Below are positions 30,422 through 39,969 of a stretch of 64,000 nucleotides of DNA, in pieces; the stretch's first letter is position 1; the number at the start of each line of letters is the position of its first letter. The stretch is taken from the IMG/VR virus record IMGVR_UViG_3300013093_000001, positions 32,001-96,000 of that record; one strand, 5' to 3'. The notes under the pieces were generated by a model, which saw nothing but the letters and a program-made list of their open reading frames with translations, did no database searches and was not told the DNA's origin. Source of the DNA: a virus. The translations under genes and the position numbers were made by a program.

Positions 30422-30667
30422 TTAGTCTTGGGTACCGTAGCTACCCAACCTGCCACGCAATTCTTTCAGCGTGTCAATCTCCCGCGTCAACTGGTTGGCG
30501 TGTGCTTTGGCGACTTCCAGCGCCGCGTTCCCAACCGCTCGGGTGATGTGCCTGAGCGTGGCATTGATGTGGCTGATGTCAGTGGACTGCCGCAACCACA
30601 TCGCGTCCCGCAAGCAGCCATCCAACTCCAAAACCAAGTCGTTGATGGCGTCTTGTAAGTGCTCCAT
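30422..30667 (-). CDS. Small helical hypothetical protein
   Basis: Between elements; SD. Confidence 0.55.
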   Translation of the reverse strand: MEHLQDAINDLVLELDGCLRDAMWLRQSTDISHINATLRHITRAVGNAALEVAKAHANQLTREIDTLKELRGRLGSYGTQD

Positions 30668-30740
30668 TTTCCTCCTTCTAACTGGCTGACTCTTTGTCAG
30701 CCTCGTACCCCGGCCAGTTCTGACACTGGCCGGGGCCACC

Positions 30741-31271
30741 TCACGCCGCAAATGCGTCGTACCACACCTTCCGCTTGTCACCACAGCAAGGGCCATAAAA
30801 CCACCCACGCCTATTAACTCTAAGCCGGTGCGCTGTCACGTTACCGTGACAGTAGAAGCAATGCGGGACCAGCTTACCGTCAGCTATCGTAAACTCTAGC
30901 TGCTGCCTCGGCTTATTGTTCCAGCCAACAAAGAACCTAAAAATTCTCAGGTGACTGGTATGACGCATCAAATGCAATGACCTTGCTAGCCTCGCTAACC
31001 GCAGCAGGGCTAAACCACCACCTGCCACGGGCAGTAACGCTGCCACAATGACACAAGCATCAAACACGTTCCAAAAAGACCGGAAGAAAAGCCTGGTAAA
31101 CGCGACACGAAGAGCCAGTTCACACGCAAAGAACAGCAAAACAGCGTTGTCCAGCCGCTCAAGTAATTCAGCGTTCGTGTCATCTACAAGGCTCCACGCC
31201 ACCAGACCAAGGTTGGTTAGAATTGCGACCATCACTACCCGGTCTAGCGGGGAAGACCTGTTGTGCGACAT
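30741..31271 (-). CDS. Ion_trans-like voltage-sensor (S1-S4) protein without a pore domain
   Basis: FFACELALR (S2), WNVFD (S3) and LRLARLARSLHLMR (S4). Confidence 0.8.
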   Translation of the reverse strand: MSHNRSSPLDRVVMVAILTNLGLVAWSLVDDTNAELLERLDNAVLLFFACELALRVAFTRLFFRSFWNVFDACVIVAALLPVAGGGLALLRLARLARSLHLMRHTSHLRIFRFFVGWNNKPRQQLEFTIADGKLVPHCFYCHGNVTAHRLRVNRRGWFYGPCCGDKRKVWYDAFAA

Positions 31272-31327
31272 TTCTCATAAACCTCCTCCTAACATCCCCG
31301 ACCCTGTGTCGGGGAAATCTGTGTGGG

Positions 31328-31444
31328 GAGGCGGCGGCGCAGGTACTGCGCCCGAGCCATGTAACCGGGCAAGGCAATCCTTGCTTCCATTGCCACCAAA
31401 AATGAATGAAAACGGTGGGATGGTGAGTTTAACGCCGCCGCCTC
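31328..31444 (-). ncRNA. Putative structured three-way-junction RNA, copy A
   Basis: Closing stem, TTAAACTCA, stem, AAGCAAGGA, stem, TACCTG; covaries with copies B and C; strand inferred. Confidence 0.6.
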
Positions 31445-31477
31445 AAGCCTCAAAAAGTTTGTGTGGAAAGGTGGTGG

Positions 31478-31598
31478 GGGGGCGGCGGCGCAGGTACTAC
31501 ACGCCCCGTAGTAAAAGGGCGCTTATTGGTAGTCCTTACTTTCCAATTTCCCACCAGCAAGGAACGAGAAATTGGTTGAGCTTAACGCCGCCGCCTCC
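31478..31598 (-). ncRNA. Putative structured three-way-junction RNA, copy B
   Basis: TTAAGCTCA..AAAGTAAGGA..TACCTG core with different stems. Confidence 0.6.
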
Positions 31599-31601
31599 AG
31601 C

Positions 31602-31844
31602 CTATGCTGACCGCCGTGAAGCGGCCATCGTTCGTACCTTGCTGACCACCCAGCGGGTGAATTTTACAAGATAACGAACTGCTGTGACCAAGAACCACGC
31701 GAGGCAAGCGAAAATCAGCAGTTCAGACAACTTGCGATTCTTTCGCATAACGCTCAGTATCACTTCTCCAGCGATTAGCTGGACCGCGTTACTGCTCAGG
31801 TGCTTCGTCAGTTCTTCAAACTGGTTTGGTCGTTCAAGCAACAC
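31602..31844 (-). CDS. Small membrane protein
   Basis: One TM; SD from the element. Confidence 0.5.
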   Translation of the reverse strand: MLLERPNQFEELTKHLSSNAVQLIAGEVILSVMRKNRKLSELLIFACLAWFLVTAVRYLVKFTRWVVSKVRTMAASRRSA

Positions 31845-31917
31845 CTTTCCTCCTCTCCTAAGCTGGCCTTATGCCAGCTTCGTGTCCAGCACGACTTCGA
31901 CATCGTGCTGGACTTCC

Positions 31918-32283
31918 TTACTTGCGGTGACCGTGACCGGCGATGTTGTAATGACCGATATCACCACTTGATGTACCGGGTTGGTCGCTGCGGAACACGG
32001 AGGGACATAAATTCGCCACCGCAATCAACACCGCCTCATCAGCGCGAACCCGCGTCAAATCACTGTTCAGCCACAGGTCATGTGCAATCTTATCGGCAGA
32101 CGCGCCAGCGCCGATCTTACTGCAAATCATGTAACCCAATTGAAGCTGGCCGACAGAACCGCCATCGTTAATAAATCCAGCTTGGGACATGGCGCTTAAA
32201 TAACTACCATCATCCGCGTTCGCGATACCCTGCTGGCTTAACGTGAGCGCCAGAACAGCAGACACCGCTGCCTTTAAGACCAT
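31918..32283 (-). CDS. DUF732 secreted protein
   Basis: ANADD.SYLSAM..AG...G..IC....G..AVANLCP. Confidence 0.8.
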   Translation of the reverse strand: MVLKAAVSAVLALTLSQQGIANADDGSYLSAMSQAGFINDGGSVGQLQLGYMICSKIGAGASADKIAHDLWLNSDLTRVRADEAVLIAVANLCPSVFRSDQPGTSSGDIGHYNIAGHGHRK

Positions 32284-32566
32284 CTTTCCTCCTCCTTGTT
32301 CGGGCTATCTGACTGACAGCCGCCGCACTGGGTGGGATTTTGACATCCCACCCAGTCACCTTACTACGAAAACTTCTTACCTGCCTGCAACCACATCATT
32401 GCTATTACGTCGCATAATTCTGTACGACGCTCTGGCGTGACAGGCGGGTGCTTGGGATTCTCCCACCTCGCCATAATCTGCGCCGCGACCAGCAGCGTTA
32501 AGGGTGTGCGAACCGTTTCCCTGTCTGCTGCCGCCTGGTTCGCGAGCTCAGCCGCGTCTGTTTCGC

Positions 32567-32884
32567 TCACGCCTCAACCCGCTTAATAACGGGGGCACCT
32601 GTTGCCGGATCACGGTGACCTGTCGTCCACCCACTAGGGACCGCCGCCTGGGCATCATCAATAATTCTCTCAATGACACCCCAGCGGATCGTGTCCGCGT
32701 CGATTTCTTCCGGGTCCACCGGCTCGCTAAAATAAAGCTCCCACGACGCTTCAAGCTCTCCGTCTGAGATTGCTAGTATCTCCTGCATCTCTGCGGCATA
32801 CGCGCCACCATCGTTGGCGACCTCATCAACAGCCTGACAGAACAGCATCAAACCCCTGACGTAGTCTTCGTCCATGTCGCTCAT
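32567..32884 (-). CDS. Acidic hypothetical protein
   Basis: ATG after the element SD. Confidence 0.55.
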   Translation of the reverse strand: MSDMDEDYVRGLMLFCQAVDEVANDGGAYAAEMQEILAISDGELEASWELYFSEPVDPEEIDADTIRWGVIERIIDDAQAAVPSGWTTGHRDPATGAPVIKRVEA

Positions 32885-32959
32885 TTCCTCCTCCAATCTG
32901 GTCCGACCCTTGTCGGACTCGTACCCCAGTCAGCTTCGACACTGACTGGGGCCTGCGTG

Positions 32960-33457
32960 TCAGTAAACGCGAAAACCGCCATGCTTCGCAGCGGCCTCTA
33001 AAAACGGGACAAAATCGACTAGCTGTTCTTCAATAGACTGATCTGTGTTGTCGGCGTAAAAATTGCTCGCCAACTCCATTTCAAACAGCTTCAGCGCCGA
33101 CTGGCATTCAACCTTGGTCACCCACCAACCATCATTACCGATGAGCTTGTGGATCGGTATGCCTGGACGCTCATCCCGACTGTCCCGGTAGTAACGATCA
33201 ACAGCTGCAACGAAGTCACGCGCTTCCTGCGTGACAGGCTCCCGCGACCAGCCGTCCTCCGACGTAACCCAGTGGTTGTCGTCTGGACGCTCCGGTACCT
33301 GCCGCCAGTTGTCTTCACCAACCGCCTCAAAGGCCATGTTGCAGCGAAGCAGTGCTAACCGCAGGTTACCTTGGTTCCACATGTTTCTGCGGCAGTAGAA
33401 TTCGTCGCCGTGCAGCGTTTTACCGTCCTCATCACAAACATACATGTCGTATCCCAT
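32960..33457 (-). CDS. Hypothetical protein
   Basis: MGYDMY..GIPIHKL..NDGWWVT..GGFRVY phage motifs. Confidence 0.65.
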   Translation of the reverse strand: MGYDMYVCDEDGKTLHGDEFYCRRNMWNQGNLRLALLRCNMAFEAVGEDNWRQVPERPDDNHWVTSEDGWSREPVTQEARDFVAAVDRYYRDSRDERPGIPIHKLIGNDGWWVTKVECQSALKLFEMELASNFYADNTDQSIEEQLVDFVPFLEAAAKHGGFRVY

Positions 33458-33541
33458 GTTTGCTGCTTCCTCCTCACTATGGTCCGACACCCTGCCGGAC
33501 TCGTACCCCGGCTAGCTATGACACTAGCCGGGGCCACCTAA

Positions 33542-34177
33542 CTACCTTCTTTGCGCTGGGTCAACGTAGCGATCTAACAGTCGCCACCCGAAACCCTCAC
33601 ACGCGAAGGGACGGTCACCGATAATTACTAAATCGCCGACCGACAAACTGCGGTTCCCGTCGTCCCTGTATTTCCTACCCCACGCAAACGCAGGGTTGTC
33701 GCGGTTCAGTTCACCAAAAACTTTCCCCAGTAATCGAAACTCTGGTTCAAATTTCCACTGCAACCGCTCCGGTCCGCGCAACGTGGGAATGAAATCAGGC
33801 TCATCCCAACTGACCGCTAAGACGAGCTGGTCGCCTGGGCGGTGACCGTACATAAAACACTCGGTGTTTTGGTTCAAATAGACCCTCACTTGCCGGTGTC
33901 TCTGTACGCAGTCGGGACAAAGATCGTTACCTACAAGATTTTCGGCTTGTAGCCAACCATCAGTTTGCAACCCTTCCTGTATGACCGCGTCCCGGATTTT
34001 CTCATCTTCAGCGTAGCTATCTACACCCCACACGGCGTGACACTCATCGCATTCGATGAATGTCTCCCGTATTTTGTCTGTCAAGTCCAAGGGAAAATTC
34101 TCCCTCACACAGTCGGGTGGTAGATATGCTGTGCTCACGTCGGGCGGGTAACCCCAAAGCGCATCGCCTCGGGTCAT
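33542..34177 (-). CDS. Hypothetical protein
   Basis: C-terminal RSLSVGDLV..FACEGFGW (YodL-like) motif; start uncertain. Confidence 0.6.
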   Translation of the reverse strand: MTRGDALWGYPPDVSTAYLPPDCVRENFPLDLTDKIRETFIECDECHAVWGVDSYAEDEKIRDAVIQEGLQTDGWLQAENLVGNDLCPDCVQRHRQVRVYLNQNTECFMYGHRPGDQLVLAVSWDEPDFIPTLRGPERLQWKFEPEFRLLGKVFGELNRDNPAFAWGRKYRDDGNRSLSVGDLVIIGDRPFACEGFGWRLLDRYVDPAQRR

Positions 34178-34283
34178 TGCCGCCAACCCTCGTCAGCAGT
34201 CATCTTCTATCCTCCTTTACCAAAGTCCGGCTCCTTGCCGGACTCGCACCCGGTACGGTTCTGACACCGTACCGGGCCTGTGT

Positions 34284-34694
34284 CTAGCCTTCTTTTAGCG
34301 CAGCAACGCGCTCCGCTATGTCACACACCCACTCAACGCCAGGGATGTCGGTACCCAGCTCGTCTTCATCGACGTATGCCATGGAGTTGTCCGGGCTCCC
34401 GGTGTACGCCACCACGGGCCGGTCCACGGACTTACGCCCGAAACCCGTCAGGCCAGCGCACCAAATCGGCTGGTACATTTTCTGCTGACCTATGCGCTCC
34501 TTGCCTGCTTCCAGGCAGGGCGTGCATATGTTGACGACAATGTCCTCGTGGTCAAACGAGTCCCAGAACGTCGCGCCGTAATGACCGTCGGTCCTGAAGA
34601 CATTGGCTTCGTAAGGCTGGTTATCAGCCTCTATGAAGGCGTTTTGTAGTTTCTTACCGCACACGAAGCACGGTAAAAATGCCTCAACAGACAC
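34284..34694 (-). CDS. Hypothetical protein
   Basis: CFVC..GHYGATFWD..NICTPC. Confidence 0.6.
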   Translation of the reverse strand: MSVEAFLPCFVCGKKLQNAFIEADNQPYEANVFRTDGHYGATFWDSFDHEDIVVNICTPCLEAGKERIGQQKMYQPIWCAGLTGFGRKSVDRPVVAYTGSPDNSMAYVDEDELGTDIPGVEWVCDIAERVAALKEG

Positions 34695-35087
34695 GCTTCC
34701 TCCTCTAACGGGTCGGCTGTCTGCCGACCTCGTACCCGGTATGGTGTTGAAACCATACCGGGCCTTTTTACCGCGACGTACAGGCAAGGGCACGACAATC
34801 AGCGCAGTAGGTTTTGCCGTAGGCGCTGATGTACGCAGTCAGCAACGTCAACGGATTGTCGCAATAAAAGCAGTGGATTAGCACTGGTGCTCCTCCTTAT
34901 AACCAAAGTGCGACTCAGGCAGCGTCACGGTCAACTCACCGGCAAGAAAAGCTACGGCCTGTTCGCGACTGAGTCGCATCTTTTGGTACTCCCAAATGTC
35001 GCGCTCGTCGTACTCCATTTCCTCCTCCAATCTGGTCAGCTTCTGCCAACCTCGTACCCCGGCCAGGTTCGACCCTGGCCGGGGCTT

Positions 35088-35447
35088 TCACGCCATCTGT
35101 TTACACGTCCCATCTGCGCTGTGCTTATCCGGCGGCGTCCAGAAGTGTGTCAAACACCCATGTACCGACCTGAGATACCGTTCTACGTCGGGGTGATCTA
35201 ATTCATCTGCCGGGTTGTCGACACGAGAACAAATCTCATTCCACATGACGTCTTCCAACACCGACCCGGTGAATGCGTCTTGGCTCCTACGCCGCTGGTA
35301 ATCATGTACCAGCAACTCGTCGGACAACTCAATGACCTGATCATTGATGTCTTCTCTGACGCAGTCGCTCACCATACCCTGTAGCGGATTAGCACTGGAC
35401 GGTAAACCAAAACCCTCATAGGGTAAAGGCTGCCAATCTCCCTGCAT
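35088..35447 (-). CDS. Hypothetical protein
   Basis: Between elements; SD. Confidence 0.5.
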   Translation of the reverse strand: MQGDWQPLPYEGFGLPSSANPLQGMVSDCVREDINDQVIELSDELLVHDYQRRRSQDAFTGSVLEDVMWNEICSRVDNPADELDHPDVERYLRSVHGCLTHFWTPPDKHSADGTCKQMA

Positions 35448-35523
35448 GTTTCCTCCTCCTAAACGGGCTGGCTTCTGCCAGCCTCGTGTCCGGTGTGGAT
35501 TCGACCCCACACCGGACCGTATG

Positions 35524-35772
35524 TCAATCTATGCCGCGCCACCACCGCATCGTAATGTCCAAGTTCCAGTCTCCAATCTCCCATTGCCACTGATCGCGTG
35601 GCAATTCGGCCACGTTTATTTTCTCATCTTCAAACCTGTCGTCACACCACAGCTGGGCAGCGGCAATCGCCTTCTCCTCAGTTGAGTGAAGAGTGACGGA
35701 GATGTACGGACCCTCTGCATAACACTCGGTGTCAACCAAGCAAATGGTTAGCACCCAGATATCCTGTTCCAT
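35524..35772 (-). CDS. Small hypothetical protein
   Basis: Between elements; SD. Confidence 0.55.
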   Translation of the reverse strand: MEQDIWVLTICLVDTECYAEGPYISVTLHSTEEKAIAAAQLWCDDRFEDEKINVAELPRDQWQWEIGDWNLDITMRWWRGID

Positions 35773-35857
35773 TTTCCTCCTCCAATCTGGTCGGCTTTTT
35801 GCCAACCTCGTACCCACGTCAGGTTCGACCCTGACGTGGGCGCTCAGCGCTAGCTGA

Positions 35858-36298
35858 TCATTGGCGTGCAGCGTAGAACAATTCCACGCATGTGACTTCA
35901 CGGACCGGCTCTACCGTCAGGTAGGCCCAATCGACGAGGTACGCCAATGCGAAGCGCTCTGCGTCCCGCTGCGCCAATTCGCGCGTAGCGGCCTTGCCAT
36001 ACGCAATCAGTTCTCCGTCATCAACGGTCCAAGCCTTTAGCCCTAAGTCCGGTTTGCCGGACAGATGACGAACGTACCAGGACCAGGGCCGGGGCCGCGG
36101 TCCAGGCGACAGCTGCTCAAAAAGCAGATCGGTTGCTGCCGCATCAGCGCTAGGCTGGTCATCGTCGCCTGGTGGGAACACTTGCGCGAGCAATTCAAAA
36201 GCAGTCATGTACTGATCGCCAACTTGACCCCCCGTAACCTCAGCGGTTTCGGGCGTCATGGTTGACCATTCCCACGGTACTTCTATCGTTATTTCCAT
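35858..36298 (-). CDS. Hypothetical protein
   Basis: Between elements. Confidence 0.55.
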   Translation of the reverse strand: MEITIEVPWEWSTMTPETAEVTGGQVGDQYMTAFELLAQVFPPGDDDQPSADAAATDLLFEQLSPGPRPRPWSWYVRHLSGKPDLGLKAWTVDDGELIAYGKAATRELAQRDAERFALAYLVDWAYLTVEPVREVTCVELFYAARQ

Positions 36299-36381
36299 GG
36301 TTGGTACTTTCTCCCTCTAACTGGCTCGGCTTTTTGCCAAGCTCGCGTCCTGGTGTGGTTCGACCCACACCAGGACTCCTT

Positions 36382-36630
36382 TCAGTCCAGGTAACTCGCC
36401 ACCACGTCTTCGAATTCAGCTTCGCAGCAGTCACTCACGTCTTCGTAGTACGTTTCGAAGTCAATGATCGGACTCCAGCTAATTCCTGGGCGTGGACGTT
36501 CATGCTCTAGCGCAATCACGTCACATTCGGTGTTGCACTCTCTGCAAACCTGCGTCAGCGGTGGATTTAAGCGCCTTCGCAGCGCTTCCGCTTCCTGCAT
36601 ACGCATCAAAAAGTCTTTCATGCGTGACAT
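36382..36630 (-). CDS. Small hypothetical protein
   Basis: MSRMKD..CREC..SDCC; between elements. Confidence 0.55.
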   Translation of the reverse strand: MSRMKDFLMRMQEAEALRRRLNPPLTQVCRECNTECDVIALEHERPRPGISWSPIIDFETYYEDVSDCCEAEFEDVVASYLD

Positions 36631-36704
36631 TTTTCCTCCTCCAAGGTGGGCATGGCTATTTGCCACGCCTCGTGCCCCGGCCAGGTTCGACCCTGGCCGG
36701 GGCT

Positions 36705-36900
36705 AGGTGCGACGCAGGTACAGTACGCCAGAGGATAGCTGGCGGTCACTCGGGCCGCATCGCAACATGGCTATGCGCGACCTGAGTGGACTGTCCTTGC
36801 ATTCCCGCTCCAAAGGGAGCAATCTTACCGCCGAGAAATTGGGCACTCGGCCTCTGCGGCAAGCAAAAACCTTCGGGGGGTGAGTTTAACGTCGCTTCCT
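36705..36900 (-). ncRNA. Putative structured three-way-junction RNA, copy C (extended arms)
   Basis: GCGACG-TTAAACTCA..AATGCAAGGA-CAGT..ACTG-TACCTG-CGTCGC; fills a slot between two double-hairpin elements. Confidence 0.65.
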
Positions 36901-36964
36901 CTTTTGTGGTCGGCGTTCTTGCCGACCTCGTGTCCCAGGCAGGTTCGACCCTACCTGGGACTGC

Positions 36965-37213
36965 TCAGGCGCTGATCTTGTCAAACGGGTGCTTAACCCA
37001 ACACCGCTCAGCGTTCATCAACGACCGTTTGCCGTCATCATGGACGACATAGAACCACAATGTTCGCTTTCCCGGGTACATCGCTGACGGCTCCCAATGA
37101 TGGGGTCGGCAACCGGACAGGTCGATGTAGCCTGCACGCAAATCGTAGTCCCAGACCCGCAACCCGTGCGTGATTGGGACTCCATCAAGGGTGCGCTCTG
37201 TCGTCGTTTCCAT
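36965..37213 (-). CDS. Small hypothetical protein
   Basis: DGVPI..GLRVWDYD..WF.V motif; between elements. Confidence 0.6.
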   Translation of the reverse strand: METTTERTLDGVPITHGLRVWDYDLRAGYIDLSGCRPHHWEPSAMYPGKRTLWFYVVHDDGKRSLMNAERCWVKHPFDKISA

Positions 37214-37312
37214 CTCTTCCTCCTTCTAGCTGGCTATTTGCCAACTCGTACCCCGGCCAGGTTCGACCCTGGCCGGGGCTATATTCAGTTGTTATTCAGT
37301 TGTGGGTTAGTG

Positions 37313-37693
37313 CTAGGCGACCTTGGTCTCCTTCGGCGCAGCCTTGACCTCGGGCATCCGGTCGTAGTGGTAGAAGTCGACGATCACGTCGTAGGCTCGC
37401 TGACGCTTCACGTCAACAGCCAACTCGACCGTCTTGCCACCCTTTCGGACAGTCGACTTCCAGCCATTCTTCGACGGGACAATGCGGAAGACAACCTGCT
37501 CGTCTCCCTCACCGATCTTGGCCGTCGCAGAAGTGGCCTTGGTCGCTTTCGTGACGCCGTCCAGCTGGAACCAGCGGAGCTGGACCCGACCGGATTTCGT
37601 CGGCTTCTTGCGACCTGCGCCACCGTTGCTGTTCCCAACCGTCTCCACCTCGGGGACGGTGTCGATCACAACGGTTTCCTTAGTTGCGGTCAT
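37313..37693 (-). CDS. Basic hypothetical protein (paralog of 10021-10392)
   Basis: Strong GC3 codon bias; similarity to 10021-10392. Confidence 0.65.
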   Translation of the reverse strand: MTATKETVVIDTVPEVETVGNSNGGAGRKKPTKSGRVQLRWFQLDGVTKATKATSATAKIGEGDEQVVFRIVPSKNGWKSTVRKGGKTVELAVDVKRQRAYDVIVDFYHYDRMPEVKAAPKETKVA

Positions 37694-37795
37694 CTCTCTT
37701 ATTTCCTCCATTGTTGTGTGGCATTCGCCACGCATCCGGCCTTGTGCCGGATGTCTGTACCCGGTGCGGTTATGACGCCACACCGGGCCTTGTTG

Positions 37796-38251
37796 CTAAG
37801 CTTCAACCGACTGCGACTTCAACGCAGCAATCTGCTGCTGCAACCGCTCGATCTCAGCCACCGGGTCACCCATCATCTGGGTAAACGCCTGCTCAACCGC
37901 AGTCACAATCCGGTCGGCAGGGTTCAAGCGATAAATCAGGCCTTTTTCATAACCCGACTCACCCTTAATTCCGGCGTAAAGGTTGGTTCCTGCGCGGTTC
38001 CGCTTGACCACGGCCACTCGCCCGTCGTCCATGCGGTACTCACCCGGCTCTGTCACGCGCTCTGCGGCGGGTTTACCACCGGCAAAGGGCGCTTCTAGGG
38101 CCTTCGCAATCAAGGCGCTGGCCTGTTCAGCTGTCATTCCAACAGCTAAAAACTGGTCAATCGCCGACCGCAAGCCGTCTGGTACTTCTCGCTTGACCAG
38201 CAGGTCACCGAGAAAGCTCAGCTGCTTTTCAGTCGCCATTCTTATCGCCAT
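37796..38251 (-). CDS. Hypothetical protein
   Basis: ATEKQLSFL.DL..AS.LI..L N-terminal motif; true start after the element SD. Confidence 0.65.
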   Translation of the reverse strand: MAIRMATEKQLSFLGDLLVKREVPDGLRSAIDQFLAVGMTAEQASALIAKALEAPFAGGKPAAERVTEPGEYRMDDGRVAVVKRNRAGTNLYAGIKGESGYEKGLIYRLNPADRIVTAVEQAFTQMMGDPVAEIERLQQQIAALKSQSVEA

Positions 38252-38330
38252 GTTTCCTCCTCCATGGGTCCGACCCTGTGCCAGACCTCGTGTCCGGTGC
38301 GGTTTTGACACCGCACCGGACTCCCTAGCA

Positions 38331-38650
38331 ACCCAACATCGCTGTTGGGGGTGGGGCGGTAGGGGTTCCCTACCCACCCCAGTTTGGAGGTTAGAGGAAA
38401 TCACTATTCATTAGACCTGTCGGTGCCACATGCGACCAGCTTCGCGCTGGCCGGGTTTGCACCCTAGCGCCTTGTGTTCACTAGCGGTGCCTCTACGTGC
38501 GCGACCGCTGCTTCACTTTTGCCACCATCGTCCAAGTGCGCGACGGCGGCCACAAAGCACGCAGGCGCAAGGCTGCTCAGCCAGGTTGCGTGGACACCAC
38601 AGATATAGGTGTCCCGTAAAACCCGACCGGCAACTTTGCGCCTAAAACAA
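38331..38650 (-). ncRNA. Putative large structured ncRNA (~320 nt), copy 1
   Basis: Diverged duplicate at 43350-43694 with indels and compensatory changes; no conserved ORF. Confidence 0.7.
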
Positions 38651-39623
38651 GTATACCCAGGGGCCTGAGTGTTGCCTACCCCTAAGCACGACTAATTCTT
38701 TCTAACCCAAACCTGCTGGCGGCTGCCGGAAGGCTTTACCTTCCCCAGCCAGCCTCGTACCCGGTGTGGCTTCGACACCATACCGGGCCTCCTTACTTGT
38801 GCGTCCAGTCCCGGTAAAGCACCGCGAACAGGGTGCAAGCCATAACAATCATGGCCTCAACAGCGGGTGACATCATTTCTCCCGCTGGCTTTTCAGTCCC
38901 AAGCGTTGACGCACCCAGGCCAGACCTGGCGTTTCAGCCGGGGGCACATAATCCTGTGCGGGTTTAATCCCCTGCCAGACGCTCAACCCCATGTTGGGGT
39001 TCATGTATAGCATTTCTATCCTCCTTCTAGGTCGGCCTCGTGCCAACCTCGTGTCCCGCGTGGGTTCGACCCCACGCGGGACCACCACCTACTAGGAATT
39101 CTCCCAATTCCGGTAGCTCTTGTCTCGGCGTAACGCTTTCGCGTTTCGCTTCTTGCGCTGGTCTTGGTGGATACCAGCAGCGCCGGATCGTCGCAATTCA
39201 AGACGGGCTCGCAGTTGCTCCTCGCAGGCGCTCAGGTACTTGTCATCCACCAGTTGCAGATGACGCTTCATTATCATTATTTCCTCCTGTACCGGCTGGC
39301 TCTTTGCCAGCCTCGTACCCCGGCAGGTTCTGACACCCACCGGGGCCTGGGCCTTTATGGTCCTGCTAGAGCAGCACCAAATCTTCAGGCCACGCCTCAT
39401 CTTCACCGCCTGTGTCGAACTGGCCTGGATCCCATTCCAGGACAATGCCAATTCCGTTGGGGCCGTCCACCACCTCAACAACAGTTCCAATCATGGTAGG
39501 TGCACCGCAAGAGCGGACACGATCTCCCGGTTTGAACTTTTTACTCATTCCTCCTCCACTCTGGTCGGCCTCGTACCGACCTCGTACCCGGTATGGCTTC
39601 GACACCATACCGGGCCTCGTCAC

Positions 39624-39893
39624 TCAAGCAAAGTCTCGGTAGCGTTTTTCTGCTTCCACGACCGCTCGCGCGATCTTCGACGGTTCCAACCACTCCTGGT
39701 GACCGGACTTAGCTTCCGGCTGCTTCCAGTACCACGCCACGACCTCACTGTGCGTGTCTTCTGCTTTCCACCAGAACAAGCACGTTTCGTAGGTCAAGTC
39801 AGGTAACTCGACCGTACTCACCAAGACCGAACCAACGCTCTCCAGCGTGACGACTTCTCGTTCGTGGTAACGGGCGTCTTCTTCGTAGTCCAT
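39624..39893 (-). CDS. Small hypothetical protein
   Basis: VSTVEL...YETCLF motif; between elements. Confidence 0.6.
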   Translation of the reverse strand: MDYEEDARYHEREVVTLESVGSVLVSTVELPDLTYETCLFWWKAEDTHSEVVAWYWKQPEAKSGHQEWLEPSKIARAVVEAEKRYRDFA

Positions 39894-39969
39894 TTTCTCC
39901 TCCTAATCAGCTGACCGTTTGCCAGCTTTGCGCCCTGTGTGGTTTCGACACCACACAGGGCCATCTCAC

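Noticed and set aside
31328-31598. Twister-sister or hairpin ribozyme assignment (CUCA, GCAAGG, UACCUG look-alikes)
   Set aside because: The flanking pairing and other conserved loops of those classes are missing.
37097-38098. 333-aa plus-strand ORF
   Set aside because: Antisense shadow of GC3-biased minus-strand genes; it runs across repeat elements.
38331-38650. tmRNA, RNase P RNA or group I intron identity for the large RNA
   Set aside because: No tRNA-like ends or tag ORF, no GAGGAAAGUCC core, no recognisable P7 and no interrupted gene.
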